Source of the DNA: a virus
Lineage: Duplodnaviria > Caudoviricetes
IMG/VR virus record: IMGVR_UViG_3300025645_000098
Span: 1-53,681 of that record
DNA: 53,681 bases
Strand: one strand, 5' to 3'
This document shows positions 34,697 to 45,766 of the stretch, piece by piece; the stretch's first letter is position 1; every line of letters starts with the position of its first letter. A program made the translations under genes and the position numbers. Below the pieces are notes generated by a model, which worked only from the letters and a program-made list of their open reading frames with translations, was not told the DNA's origin and searched no databases.

Positions 34697-35338
34697 ATGT
34701 TAATACAATTAGTAGATAGAAATCAAGGTATGTGTGATGCATGGACTACAGAGTTCATGGATTGTGAAGATGTAATCATCTATTGTGATGATTTCTTTGC
34801 ACCTAAAACAGACTGTATCGTTTCTCCAGCAAACTCATTCGGATTTATGGATGGTGGATTGGATGGTGTTATCACAAGACGTTTGGGGAGACAAACCGAA
34901 ACCAATGTTAAGACTGCAATTGCTAATAGACCAATGAATGAGTTGTTGGTTGGTGAAGCGTTAGTTGTTGAAACTGGTAATAAGGAAATACCATATTGTA
35001 TTTCGGCACCAACGATGAGGGTGCCAATGATATTGAAAGGTACACCAAATGCTTATTTGGCCGCTAAAGCCACTTTTAATTTATTGAAAGATTTAAAAGA
35101 GAGTGAAGATTGGATAAATGGAATTAAAATTGAAAAAATAACTATTAGTGGTTTAGGCACTGGAGTGGGTCAAGTACCATATGAAGTATGTGCCAATCAA
35201 ATGAAAATGGCGTATGATGAAGTGTGGTTAGGTAAATTTGGGGCACCAAAGACTTGGTTTGATGCACAACAAAGACATCAAATGTTATATCATACTGATG
35301 TAAATAACACAAGAGATTTACAACATCCAGAAGAATGA
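34697..35338 (+). CDS. Macro domain (Appr-1-p processing) protein
   Basis: IVSPANSFGFMDGGLD, APTMRVP, GLGTGVG. Confidence 0.92.
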   Translation: MLIQLVDRNQGMCDAWTTEFMDCEDVIIYCDDFFAPKTDCIVSPANSFGFMDGGLDGVITRRLGRQTETNVKTAIANRPMNELLVGEALVVETGNKEIPYCISAPTMRVPMILKGTPNAYLAAKATFNLLKDLKESEDWINGIKIEKITISGLGTGVGQVPYEVCANQMKMAYDEVWLGKFGAPKTWFDAQQRHQMLYHTDVNNTRDLQHPEE

Positions 35339-36024
35339 ATATAAAACGATTTATCCATAAAAAATTTAAGCCATTAATTATAGAATATTATAAAATATTT
35401 CATTCTAATGATATAAGTGAATGTTTAAAAATATTCAGTGATTATGGGGAGGTTAATATAAATGTGGTAATAGATATTCTTAAAACCTATGATGGGTGGG
35501 ATGAAAAAAGAGCAATAAATGCCACAATGAAATGTCTTTATTGCGGTTTTATTACATTATAAAAAAAAATAAAAAATGAACCCAAAAGAAGAAATAGAAA
35601 ATGATGAAAGATTAACCGCATTAATGAATGGGTTAAGAAGCACATGGGGATTCGGAGACGAATTCTTAGCCATTGTATTATGGCACACTGATGATTTTGA
35701 TTTAGCTAATGAAGTAATTGAACTATACATGATTAAAGATGAAGTTGATTTAGAAGAAGTTTTATTCCATTGTTTATCAAGGGATGAGTTTAAAGAGAAA
35801 TGCTTAGAGAGTGAATTTCTAAGTTATAAAAGATGTAAAGAATTATTAAATGATGAATAAAAGTGTTTTAAAAATATTAGGTGGTGTCCTTGCAGCATTT
35901 GTGCTTGGTGGACACGTTAAAATGATGATAGAAGGATATGGCTCTGAAATTGAAATATATAGACCGATAATAATGGGATTTTTTATGGTATTTTTTACAT
36001 ATTTTGGAATTAAAGAATTAAAAA

Positions 36025-36576
36025 ATGAAGAATAATAGTAAATTTTTAAGTCTGGTATTAAGACATAAACCTGAAACTATAGGGTTAAAATTAGATAAGA
36101 ATGGTTGGGTTGCAATTGGTAGATTATTAGACCAAATGGAAATCCATGACCGTATGATAGATTATGAAGAGTTAATGGAAATTGTTGAAAACAATGATAA
36201 AAAACGATTTGAAATCAAAGAGCTTGATAGAGATAATGGATATTATAACCTTATTAGGGCCTCACAAGGTCATAGTGTTAAGGTTGACCTTGAATTGAAA
36301 GCTGAAAGACCCCCAATGAAATTATATCATGGTACTGTTGATAAATTTATCGATGTTATCATGAAAGATGGTCTTAAGAAAATGAATAGACATGCAGTTC
36401 ATTTAAGTGGAGATATTTCAACAGCTACCAAAGTTGGTAGTCGTAGAGGTAAAGCCATCATATTAGAAGTTAATTCAGGTGCTATGTATGCCGATAGAAT
36501 TAAGTTCTTTAAATCAAAGAATGGTGTTTGGTTAACAGATAGTGTTGACCCTAAATATATTAAAATCAAAAAGTAA
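36025..36576 (+). CDS. kptA: RNA 2'-phosphotransferase (Tpt1/KptA)
   Basis: SKFLSLVLRH, NDKKRF, IRASQGHS, LYHGT, RHAVHLS, NGVWLT. Confidence 0.95.
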   Translation: MKNNSKFLSLVLRHKPETIGLKLDKNGWVAIGRLLDQMEIHDRMIDYEELMEIVENNDKKRFEIKELDRDNGYYNLIRASQGHSVKVDLELKAERPPMKLYHGTVDKFIDVIMKDGLKKMNRHAVHLSGDISTATKVGSRRGKAIILEVNSGAMYADRIKFFKSKNGVWLTDSVDPKYIKIKK

Positions 36577-36764
36577 TGTTTAGTATTAAGCGAAAAACAA
36601 GATATGAAAATAGGTATCACCCAAATATGGGTAGACTTAAATGTAGGGTAACTAGAATATATAAAACTATATTTGGTATACCTTATAAAGAAGTTCATGC
36701 ATACCGAGAAACATATTACGGTGAAGTTAAAGAACTAGACGATTGTATATTAAAAAAATAAAAA

Positions 36765-37658
36765 ATGAAAGACGCATTAGGAAATAGAATGAAAGAATAT
36801 GAAGCTGTAACTAAGTATAAGTTGCTTCGTAGAGGTTACACCATGATTAGAATCGATGGTAAAGCCTTTCATACTTATACCAAGGGGCTTGAGAGACCGT
36901 TTGACCAAGGTTTGGTTGATGATATGGATGATACTGCAAAATATCTTTGTAAGAACATTCAAGGGGCTGTATGTGCGTTTGTACAATCTGATGAAATTAG
37001 CATATTAGTTACTGATTTCGAAAAAGTTGAAACCAGTGCTTGGTTTGATAATAATATTCAAAAGATGTGTAGCGTATCAGCTTCAATGGCAACAGCTAAA
37101 TTTAATCAATTAAGGGTTATACGGTCATTACAAAAAAATGCATCACCATCTAATTATGATGATTGGAAACAAGTTAGGGTTTTAAATCTAGCTATGTTCG
37201 ATTCCAGAGTATTTCAAGTTCCTAATAAAATGGAATGTACTAATGTATTAATTTGGAGACAACAAGATACGGTTAAGAATAGCATTTCAAGTGTTGCTCA
37301 ATCTATGTTTTCACACAAAGAATTGAATGGTAAGAATAGCAATCAGAAACAAGAAATGATGTTTCAAAAGGATGGTACTAATTGGAATGATTTCGACCCT
37401 AAATTAAAGAGAGGTAGAATGATTGTTAAAGAGACATATGAAAAAGAACCAGGTGTATTTAGAACACAATGGGTTAGTGTGGCTCCACCAACATTTACAC
37501 AAGAACGAGAGTATTTGATTAGTTTAATCCCTGATAGGGATATAGAGTTAACATCACCAATTAATTTTATACCAAAAGATTTAACAAAGGAAGAAATTGA
37601 AAATTTGATTAAATCATTAAAATCTCAAATGAAAAATACAAGTAATTTATTAACATGA
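36765..37658 (+). CDS. tRNA-His guanylyltransferase (Thg1-like)
   Basis: RIDGKAFHTYT, QSDEIS, FDSR, WRQQD. Confidence 0.93.
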   Translation: MKDALGNRMKEYEAVTKYKLLRRGYTMIRIDGKAFHTYTKGLERPFDQGLVDDMDDTAKYLCKNIQGAVCAFVQSDEISILVTDFEKVETSAWFDNNIQKMCSVSASMATAKFNQLRVIRSLQKNASPSNYDDWKQVRVLNLAMFDSRVFQVPNKMECTNVLIWRQQDTVKNSISSVAQSMFSHKELNGKNSNQKQEMMFQKDGTNWNDFDPKLKRGRMIVKETYEKEPGVFRTQWVSVAPPTFTQEREYLISLIPDRDIELTSPINFIPKDLTKEEIENLIKSLKSQMKNTSNLLT

Positions 37659-38425
37659 GAAGATTTTCTGTAGGTGATATTCATGGCGCACATAAGGCTT
37701 TAGTTCAAGTACTAGAGCGTTGTGACTTTGATTATGAAAATGACCAATTAATAACAATAGGTGATATTGTTGATGGGTGGCAAGATTCTTTTATGGTGGT
37801 TGAAGAACTACTTAAAATAAAGAATAGAATTGATATTATTGGAAATCATGATAATTGGTTAACTACCTTTATTGAGACTGGTATTCATGACCAAGCTTGG
37901 GCTATGGGTGGTTTATCCACGGCCAAATCTTATGCGAGGGCTATTGGGTTAGATTTACTAATTCAAGATGTTGGTAGTGGATTTATATTGAATCTTAATA
38001 GTGGTGATATTCCAGAAGAGCATCAAAGGTTCTTCAAGTGTCAACATAAGTATTATAAAGACCAAGATAATAATCTATTTGTTCATGGTGGGTTTAACCC
38101 CACACAACCAATAGGTAGTCAATTAGCTTATAATTTAATGTGGGATAGACATTTATGGTCGAAGCATTTGGGTATAAGAAATACTAGTATGAAAATTTTA
38201 TATGCTGAAGAGTATAATCATATTTTTATTGGTCATACATCTACTACATTTGCTGGTAGTTATGAACCACTTACCATTGATAAATTAACAAATTTAGATA
38301 CGGGTGCTGGTGGTGGTGGATATTTATCTATAATGGATGTTGATTCAAAAGAATTTTGGCAATCAGATTATGTGCCAGATTTATATCCTGATGATGAACA
38401 TCATATAAATAATTTTAAAGGATGA
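37655..38425 (+). CDS. Calcineurin-like metallophosphoesterase
   Basis: GDIHG, GDIVD, GNHD, VHGG, GHT, LDTG. Confidence 0.93.
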   Translation: MRRFSVGDIHGAHKALVQVLERCDFDYENDQLITIGDIVDGWQDSFMVVEELLKIKNRIDIIGNHDNWLTTFIETGIHDQAWAMGGLSTAKSYARAIGLDLLIQDVGSGFILNLNSGDIPEEHQRFFKCQHKYYKDQDNNLFVHGGFNPTQPIGSQLAYNLMWDRHLWSKHLGIRNTSMKILYAEEYNHIFIGHTSTTFAGSYEPLTIDKLTNLDTGAGGGGYLSIMDVDSKEFWQSDYVPDLYPDDEHHINNFKG

Positions 38426-38793
38426 AAAAAACAATTGAATATTTTTCGGAAGATGGATGTCTTGGTGGTAACCGTGGGTTGTCTTTCAACTTTAAAACAA
38501 ATATTATAACTAAATGGAATGGTGAGGAAGAACCACTATCTATGGATAATGTTGATGTTGTTAAATGGTGTATAGATATGAATATTAAGAAACTTAAAGA
38601 AAGGATTATTAACTTACAGTTAAAGTTAACTCAAAAGAAAAATAAAACTGTTAGAATTGAAGGTGGTTATAAAATGTCTGAAGTTCTAACTGAAGAAAGA
38701 AAAATTATCTTTAATAATAAATTATCTAATTTATTATTAAAACTTGAGTGGTTTGAATCCCTCCAAACAAAACCATTAATAACTAGTCTGTAA
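38422..38793 (+). CDS. Hypothetical protein
   Basis: Coupled ORF. Confidence 0.6.
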   Translation: MKKTIEYFSEDGCLGGNRGLSFNFKTNIITKWNGEEEPLSMDNVDVVKWCIDMNIKKLKERIINLQLKLTQKKNKTVRIEGGYKMSEVLTEERKIIFNNKLSNLLLKLEWFESLQTKPLITSL

Positions 38794-38822
38794 GTGGAAA
38801 ATAAGACACCACACAATATATT

Positions 38823-39395
38823 ATGAGTAAAAAAATAATTAAGGAAAATTTAAGAAAAATTTTATTAGAAAAAAAAGGTGATACACACGATTATGGTTGT
38901 GCTATGTTATTACTAAACATCCCAAAAACAGAATGGGATAAGCTTCAATCAATGATTGATGACGATGATATCTATACAGAAGAAGGTGATAGCAGTTATG
39001 GTAGAGAAGACGAACCTCACATTACCTTATTATATGGGTTAGATAGTGATATAGCAGATGAAGAAATAGAAAAAGTTTCAAAAAAACTGGAAAAATGTAC
39101 TGTTAATCTAAAAAAAATTAGTATCTTTGAGAATGAGAAGTTTGATGTACTTAAATTTGATATTATAGATGACACTAAAAAGGAGTTATCAAAGTTAAAT
39201 AAAGAATATGCTAAGTTTCCTCATACAACAGATTATCCTAATTATCACCCGCATGCAACTTTATGTTATCTTAAAGCTGGTACTGGTAAAAAGTATATCC
39301 AAACATTACCTAAAGATAAACAAATAACAATTGAGTGTGATACTGTAAAGTATAGTAAAGCTGATGGAAGTGCAATTAATTATAAATTAAAATAA
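38823..39395 (+). CDS. 2H phosphoesterase (T4 gp57B/Acb1-like)
   Basis: Two HxT motifs: PHITLLYG and YHPHATLCY. Confidence 0.82.
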   Translation: MSKKIIKENLRKILLEKKGDTHDYGCAMLLLNIPKTEWDKLQSMIDDDDIYTEEGDSSYGREDEPHITLLYGLDSDIADEEIEKVSKKLEKCTVNLKKISIFENEKFDVLKFDIIDDTKKELSKLNKEYAKFPHTTDYPNYHPHATLCYLKAGTGKKYIQTLPKDKQITIECDTVKYSKADGSAINYKLK

Positions 39396-39763
39396 AATGA
39401 GAAGAATATTAAATGGGTTAGTGATTCTAGCTTTAGTGACAGGGTTTATTGGTATTATATTTTTTTTATATGCTGATTATGGTTGGTGGGGTTTCATCCC
39501 AATTCCGATTATTATAACATCCTATGTAATTGGTAGTAAATTTGATATTATAACCTACATGGAAAATCTAGATAATAAAAATGAAGAGAAAACGAATTAA
39601 TTATGGGGATTGTGAAGGTGATTATGTAAAAGTTGAATCCCTATCAGATGAATTAAGATTTGTCGAATGTATGAAACTATATAAATCACATAAGACACTT
39701 GAAGAAATAGAAAATGCATTAACTGCGGAAGCTAAAGAAAGAATCCGTTTAATTGATTAAAAA

Positions 39764-40150
39764 ATGGTAGAACAAATTAAAAAAGACATGGTACAAGCCA
39801 TGAAAGATAGAAATACCCTTAAAAGAGATATTTTAAGGGTATTAATGGGTGAATTAGATAGAAGTTTCATAACTGAAGATGCTGATGTAATCAAAATCGT
39901 TAAAAAGATGGTTACTAATCTTAAGGAAATTGGTGAAGACCAAGCAGATATTGATATCTTAGAAGGTTATTTACCACAACAAATGTCAAAAGATGAGATT
40001 TCTGAAGAAGCTGCTAGTTTTATTGTTAGAGAAAAATTAGACTCACCTAGAGAAATGGGTAGAGTAATGTCCTATTTCAAACAAAATTTTGATGGGACTT
40101 ATGATGGAAAAGTTTTAAGTGATGTAGTTAAAATTTTATTAACAACATGA
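39764..40150 (+). CDS. GatB/YqeY domain protein
   Basis: IKKDMVQAMK, ILEGYLPQQMS, MGRVM, DGKVLS. Confidence 0.9.
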   Translation: MVEQIKKDMVQAMKDRNTLKRDILRVLMGELDRSFITEDADVIKIVKKMVTNLKEIGEDQADIDILEGYLPQQMSKDEISEEAASFIVREKLDSPREMGRVMSYFKQNFDGTYDGKVLSDVVKILLTT

Positions 40151-40542
40151 TATATATTATATTGACTATATTATATATATTAACGACACACTTTGTTGCC
40201 GATTTTATTATGCAAACTGATGAAATGGCTAAAGGAAAGAGCACAAGCATAAAGTGGTTGACACTACATATACTTTCTTATTTTAAGGGATTAGTATGGT
40301 CAGCCCTTTTTTATTTTATGGTTGTTGGATATTTCTTTAGTATGGTTATTCCAGCATGGTCATTAATCGCTTATTGTTTACTTAACGCTGCATTACATTG
40401 GCTTACAGATTACTATACTTCAAAACAAACTGCAAAATTATGGGCTGAACAAAGGGTCCATGACTTTTTTGTTATGATTGGATTAGACCAATTGATACAT
40501 TCAACATGCCTAATAGTAACATTTTATTTTATTTTCCTTTAA
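40147..40542 (+). CDS. DUF3307 membrane protein
   Basis: HFVADFIMQ, HWLTD, GLDQLIH. Confidence 0.85.
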   Translation: MIYIILTILYILTTHFVADFIMQTDEMAKGKSTSIKWLTLHILSYFKGLVWSALFYFMVVGYFFSMVIPAWSLIAYCLLNAALHWLTDYYTSKQTAKLWAEQRVHDFFVMIGLDQLIHSTCLIVTFYFIFL

Positions 40543-40756
40543 AAATTTGCACCTTAAGATATATTTTTGTATCTTTGTGTAAACAATAAAATTATGGCAA
40601 CACATTCAGGAACAAAAGCGGTTTATGAAACCCTTAGAGAACATTTAGATAGTATTGATTTTGATGATGACCAGGTAATGGAAATATCGAGTGCAATCGC
40701 ATCAAATCTAGGTGTAGAATATCAATCATTCCCTAAGTGGGATTAAAAAAAATAAA

Positions 40757-41791
40757 ATGGATATACAAAAAGTAATAAACCCAGAAGATTATAATTGTGG
40801 GGTAATTGTAGCACGTTTTCAAGTTAACAAACTTCACGACCAACAACGTAAGATGATTGACTTCATATTAGGTCATCACAGAAAAGTAATTATCTTTTTA
40901 GGTGTGTCAAGAACACAAGCAACTACTAGAAATCCATTAGATTTCCCAACAAGAAGAGCAATGATACAGAGACATTACCCAACTGCGGTAATCTTACCAT
41001 TAGCTGATAACCGTTCCGATGCTGAATGGTCCAAAACATTAGATAATAAAATTTCAGAGATATTTCCTAATTCTAAACCATTATTATATGGTAGTAGAGA
41101 TTCATTCATACCTTATTATCAAGGTAGATATATGACAACAGAGTTAGCTTCTGATTTCGTAGAGATTAGTGGTACTCAAATCAGAGAAGAAGTTTCAAGA
41201 GAAATCATTGAATCATCCAAATTCAGAGCTGGTGTAATTCATTCAGTTTATGCTAGATATGCCACAACTTTTCCAACTGTAGATGTATGTGCATACAATG
41301 ATGAAGGTCAAATATTATTAGCTAGGAAGCCTAATGAAGATAAATACCGATTCATTGGTGGGTTTGTTGATGCAACTGATATATCATTAGAGAGAGCGGC
41401 TTACAGAGAGTTTAGGGAAGAAGTTAGTGGTTCACATATCAGTGGATTGAAATATATCTTATCTCAAAAAGTTGAAGATTGGAGATATAGAAAAGAAAAA
41501 GATGGTATTATGACTACATTATTCTTAGGTAGATATGGTCATGGTCAAATAAAAGCTAGTGATGATATTGCTGAAGTACAATGGTTTGACGCATCAAAAT
41601 TAAGTGACCCTAGTTATATTCAACGTAATATCATGCCAGAACACCAAGGAATTATGGCAAAGCTTATTCAAACGGTTTATGAAGGTCAATTGATACCAAA
41701 TCTAGGTGAGTTCTTCAAGTTTAAGGAGACACCAAAAGACCCTGATATTAAACAAGCAAATGAATTTGAAATTAAATTAGAAGAATATTAA
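40757..41791 (+). CDS. Bifunctional NMN adenylyltransferase / Nudix ADP-ribose pyrophosphatase (NadM-Nudix)
   Basis: VARFQ..LH, RNPL, SGTQIRE; Nudix box GGFVD...LERAAYREFREE. Confidence 0.88.
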   Translation: MDIQKVINPEDYNCGVIVARFQVNKLHDQQRKMIDFILGHHRKVIIFLGVSRTQATTRNPLDFPTRRAMIQRHYPTAVILPLADNRSDAEWSKTLDNKISEIFPNSKPLLYGSRDSFIPYYQGRYMTTELASDFVEISGTQIREEVSREIIESSKFRAGVIHSVYARYATTFPTVDVCAYNDEGQILLARKPNEDKYRFIGGFVDATDISLERAAYREFREEVSGSHISGLKYILSQKVEDWRYRKEKDGIMTTLFLGRYGHGQIKASDDIAEVQWFDASKLSDPSYIQRNIMPEHQGIMAKLIQTVYEGQLIPNLGEFFKFKETPKDPDIKQANEFEIKLEEY

Positions 41792-42115
41792 TTATGAAAA
41801 ATAAAGACACGCATTTTAATGCTAGAGGCGCATTTGAGAATGGTAAGGTGGTTGAAGCTTATGAGGTGATAGATGATAAATGGGAATCGATAGATTTAGA
41901 AACATTAAGGAAAGAATAATGGCGTTAACGTGGACCCAAATACAAAATAAACTAAATGCTTTTGATAAGAAAGATGTGTTAATATATGATGATAAGCATG
42001 AAGATGGTAATCAATATATTAATATCATGTATAAGAATTCCTTTCAATTCAAGATACGCAGACCGTTTATGAACAAACTTAAAAAATTAGGATATAAAAT
42101 AGAAAAAAGAACTTT

Positions 42116-43777
42116 ATGAAAAACGAAGTATTTACAAAACAAAACGATAAGGTGGTAACATTACCTAGAAAGAGGTTATTTAAAACACCAAGATTATTAA
42201 TGGCTGATGCCTATACAATTGGTTCAGATAAGTTTCAATCAAAAGAAGCTAAAGATAGGTCTGATTACTACGTAACATTCCGTAGAGATTTACATACAGT
42301 GAATCCTACATTATATCCTAAAGGTGATAATAGAATCGTATTTGAAGGATTATCAGATATATTAGAAGAGTTATTTTATGAGCCAGTAACTCATGAAGAA
42401 ATTGATGAAGCTAAAGCATTTTTAGCTACATTTAAAGCAACAACACAAGGTTTCAAGGAGTATCAATTCCCTGAAGAAATGTGGAGAACTGTTGTAGATG
42501 AATTTAATGGTAGACCACCAATTAGAATTAAGGCAATGCCAGCTGGGTCAATCGTTTATCCAAACGAACCAGTAATACAAATTACTTCAATGGTAAAAGG
42601 TATGGGTGAATTGGCCGCATGGTTTGAATCAAGCTTACTTAAAGTTTGGGCTGTATCTGAAAGAATTACACAAAACGAACACTGGTTAGAGAAAATGAAG
42701 AACATGGTCAGAAAAATTGACCCAACATTAGATGAAACATTAATTCATTTATATGGTTCTTTAATGCTAACTGACTTTGGATGTCGTGCTGGAATTACAA
42801 ATCATGAATCAGAAATATTAGGTAAAGCTCACTTATATACATTCGGTGGTACTGATACCGTTGCGGGTGCATACCAAGCTTGGAAGAACGCTAATAATGA
42901 AGTTGTGGGTAGCTCTGTGAACGCTTTAGCTCACAGAAATATACAAGCCTATGAAGCTGAAAATGAAGCATATGAGGCTATGTATAATTCCGCTGAAGAA
43001 GGTGAAATCCTTTCAATGGTAGCTGATTGTTATGATTTCTATTATTCAGTTGAAAATGACTTATTGCCATTAGCACTAAGAAGTGTTAAAGAAGGTAATG
43101 GTAAAGTAGTTGTAGCTAGACCTGACTCTGGTAATCCAAAAGAACAAGTTCTATGGGTTTGTAGATTAGCAGTAAGAAATGGCTTATTCGAGACCAAAGT
43201 GATTAATGGTGTTGAATGGAAGTTCGGTACAACTCTTAAGTTCATTGAGGGTGATGGTATGGATTATGAAACAATGTGGGATATTATTGAAGCATTGATG
43301 GAAGCTGGATTCGCACCATACGGATGGGGATTATTCGGAGTAGGTGGTGGATTACGTAATGGTCTTAAGAGAGATAATTTATCAGCTAAATATGCTTTAT
43401 CAGCTAAAGGTGAGTATAAGACTGGTGTTGTTAAATTCTCTGACACGTTAGGTAAAACGACATTACCTGGTCCATTTAAAGTATTAAGAGATGCAATCTC
43501 ATTAGAAAATAAACAAACTATTGTGTTTGATTGGGAAGATGGTGACGATGCTATGGTGGTTTACTTTGATGGTTCAAATATCAATAAACCATTTGGTGAG
43601 GGTATGAATGATTACTTCTTAGACATTAGAAGTAGAATTAGAGAACAATGGGATATTATGCCATTAGATTTAACCAATGCTGATAATAGATACCCAGCAA
43701 GTGAAGCTATTCTTAATGAGCGTATTAGATTATTAAAAATATATGCACCTAAGAAGAATGTAAATAACTATAAATAA
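42116..43777 (+). CDS. Nicotinamide phosphoribosyltransferase (NAMPT/NadV-like)
   Basis: DAY, TDFGCR, GTDT, VADCYD, RPDSG, IEGDG, FGVGGGL. Confidence 0.88.
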   Translation: MKNEVFTKQNDKVVTLPRKRLFKTPRLLMADAYTIGSDKFQSKEAKDRSDYYVTFRRDLHTVNPTLYPKGDNRIVFEGLSDILEELFYEPVTHEEIDEAKAFLATFKATTQGFKEYQFPEEMWRTVVDEFNGRPPIRIKAMPAGSIVYPNEPVIQITSMVKGMGELAAWFESSLLKVWAVSERITQNEHWLEKMKNMVRKIDPTLDETLIHLYGSLMLTDFGCRAGITNHESEILGKAHLYTFGGTDTVAGAYQAWKNANNEVVGSSVNALAHRNIQAYEAENEAYEAMYNSAEEGEILSMVADCYDFYYSVENDLLPLALRSVKEGNGKVVVARPDSGNPKEQVLWVCRLAVRNGLFETKVINGVEWKFGTTLKFIEGDGMDYETMWDIIEALMEAGFAPYGWGLFGVGGGLRNGLKRDNLSAKYALSAKGEYKTGVVKFSDTLGKTTLPGPFKVLRDAISLENKQTIVFDWEDGDDAMVVYFDGSNINKPFGEGMNDYFLDIRSRIREQWDIMPLDLTNADNRYPASEAILNERIRLLKIYAPKKNVNNYK

Positions 43778-43778
43778 G

Positions 43779-44015
43779 ATGAGAAAAATATTAATATTAT
43801 TGGTAATTGGATTAATCTTTAGTTGTAGTGACAGTAAACAAGGAATTTTTTGGGAGGAAAATCGAGTAAATATTAATGTACTTGATAATAAATTACAAAT
43901 CTTAGAGCATGAAGGTTGTGAGTATTTGATATATACAGCATATGAACCATATGCTGGTTATGGGTTTGGAATGCATAAAGGTAATTGTAAAAATCCAATT
44001 CATGAATGTAATTAA
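43779..44015 (+). CDS. Putative small lipoprotein
   Basis: Lipobox IFSC; GCEY...HKGNCKNPIH. Confidence 0.65.
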   Translation: MRKILILLVIGLIFSCSDSKQGIFWEENRVNINVLDNKLQILEHEGCEYLIYTAYEPYAGYGFGMHKGNCKNPIHECN

Positions 44016-44174
44016 ACGATTTTTTCATTTTATTAGTGATATGGCCACACTTCATCATGAGATGGAGGTTGGTCGTTTATCATGCCCTAAATGTAAAGAA
44101 AATAAAATGAGAGTTGAAGAGAGAGGTGTTATACCAGTTGGGGTTTGTGGGAATTGTAACTTTAAATTATAAAT

Positions 44175-44702
44175 GTGGTGGTAACTTTATTAAGTATTTT
44201 TTATATAACAACAATATTAGTTTTTATAATAATAATTATAATTTTAATTAAATCATTAAGACGAACTAGGGAACCTGATATTCTAAAATCTATCAAGCGT
44301 GAAATCAGTAAGATGGATTCAAAAGAAGAATGGGATTGGATATACTTTTTCTTTGACTTACATGGTACTATAATTAAACCTAACTTTGAGGTTGGAAATA
44401 CTAATGTTGAGTATTATCCATTAGCAAAGGAAACTCTTCAACTTATATCAAATAGAGATGATTTAAGATTGTGTATATATACTTGTTCACATCCACATGA
44501 GATTGAAGAGTATGCTAAGAAGTTTGAAGAGGATGGGATTATCTTTAAGTACGTAAATGAAAATCCAGAGGTACCAACTTCTGGCTATGGTAATTATGAT
44601 AAGAAACCATACATGAATGTATTATTTGAAGATAAAAGCGGGTTCTTTGGAGAGACCGATTGGCCACCAGTATATGAGTATTTTAAAAAAAGATATGGAT
44701 AA
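44175..44702 (+). CDS. HAD-superfamily protein
   Basis: FDLHGTI, YTCS, NENPE, KPY...EDK. Confidence 0.7.
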   Translation: MVVTLLSIFYITTILVFIIIIIILIKSLRRTREPDILKSIKREISKMDSKEEWDWIYFFFDLHGTIIKPNFEVGNTNVEYYPLAKETLQLISNRDDLRLCIYTCSHPHEIEEYAKKFEEDGIIFKYVNENPEVPTSGYGNYDKKPYMNVLFEDKSGFFGETDWPPVYEYFKKRYG

Positions 44703-44769
44703 TGAGTGAGACAAAACATTATTAAAATAAATTTTGTTTAATGATTTATTTTTCGTATCTTTGTCGTAA

Positions 44770-44910
44770 GATAATGAATTAATTAACACATTTAATTCAT
44801 TACATGAAGCTGAAGAAAAAACAGGTAACTTAAGAAAACATATTAGTAGATGTTGTAGGGGATTAGCAAAAACATGTGGTAAACATATTTGGAAATTTAA
44901 AGATGAATAA
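44770..44910 (+). pseudogene. NUMOD1/HTH remnant of a lost homing endonuclease
   Basis: Startless frame ELINTFNSLHEAEEKTG...ISRCCRGLAKTCGKHIWKF. Confidence 0.7.
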
Positions 44911-45766
44911 TAAAAAACATATTGTAAGGGTTTGTCCTTCACCTACTGGAATGCTTCACATAGGTACATTACGTACCATGTACTTCAATTGGTTGATTGC
45001 TAATCAAAATGATGATAGCAAGCTCATATTACGTATAGACGATACCGATTTATCAAGGTCAATGGATTCAATGATTAGACCTATCTTTGATACTATCAGT
45101 GTTTATGGTTTACAGTATGACATTACATTTAAACAATCAGATAATTTTGCAATATACAAATCATTTGCTGATAAATTAGTTCTTGATGGTTATGCTGACT
45201 ATGATGATGGTGCAATTAGACTTTCTAATACTTACGGTTATAACATTAACATGAATTTAGATTGGAAAGATACAATTACTGGTGATAAGAAATGTACTCC
45301 AGATGTATTCGCTGCGGCCAGCACTCAAGTTATTATAAAGAGTGATGGTTCACCAACATATAATTTTGCTTCAGCAATTGATGATATGTGTTATGGTGTA
45401 ACATGGGTTGTTAGAGGAACTGACCACATTGTTAATACCTTTAAACAAGTTATCTTCTATAGGTTATTTGATAAACCATTACCATTATATTCTCATGTAG
45501 GACTTCTACTTGATATGTTTACTGGTAAAAAATATTCAAAGAGAGATAGTGACCTATTAGACTTATCTAATTATAACCCTGATGCAGTATTAAATTTCAT
45601 CTTAAGGTTAGGTTGGTCACCAAGTAAAGACGATAAGAGTAATAACATAATTCCAAGAGATAAAGCTATACAAATGTTTTTAACTGATGGTAAAATGAGA
45701 GCACCAAATTGTAAGGTTGACCTCGCTAAACTTGATTGGTATAATAAAAAATATAATAAGAGATAA
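44903..45766 (+). CDS. Glutamyl-tRNA synthetase catalytic domain only (GluQ-RS-like)
   Basis: PSPTGMLHIG, LRIDDTD, PTYNFA..DD, RGTDH, KYSKR; no anticodon-binding domain. Confidence 0.85.
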   Translation: MNNKKHIVRVCPSPTGMLHIGTLRTMYFNWLIANQNDDSKLILRIDDTDLSRSMDSMIRPIFDTISVYGLQYDITFKQSDNFAIYKSFADKLVLDGYADYDDGAIRLSNTYGYNINMNLDWKDTITGDKKCTPDVFAAASTQVIIKSDGSPTYNFASAIDDMCYGVTWVVRGTDHIVNTFKQVIFYRLFDKPLPLYSHVGLLLDMFTGKKYSKRDSDLLDLSNYNPDAVLNFILRLGWSPSKDDKSNNIIPRDKAIQMFLTDGKMRAPNCKVDLAKLDWYNKKYNKR

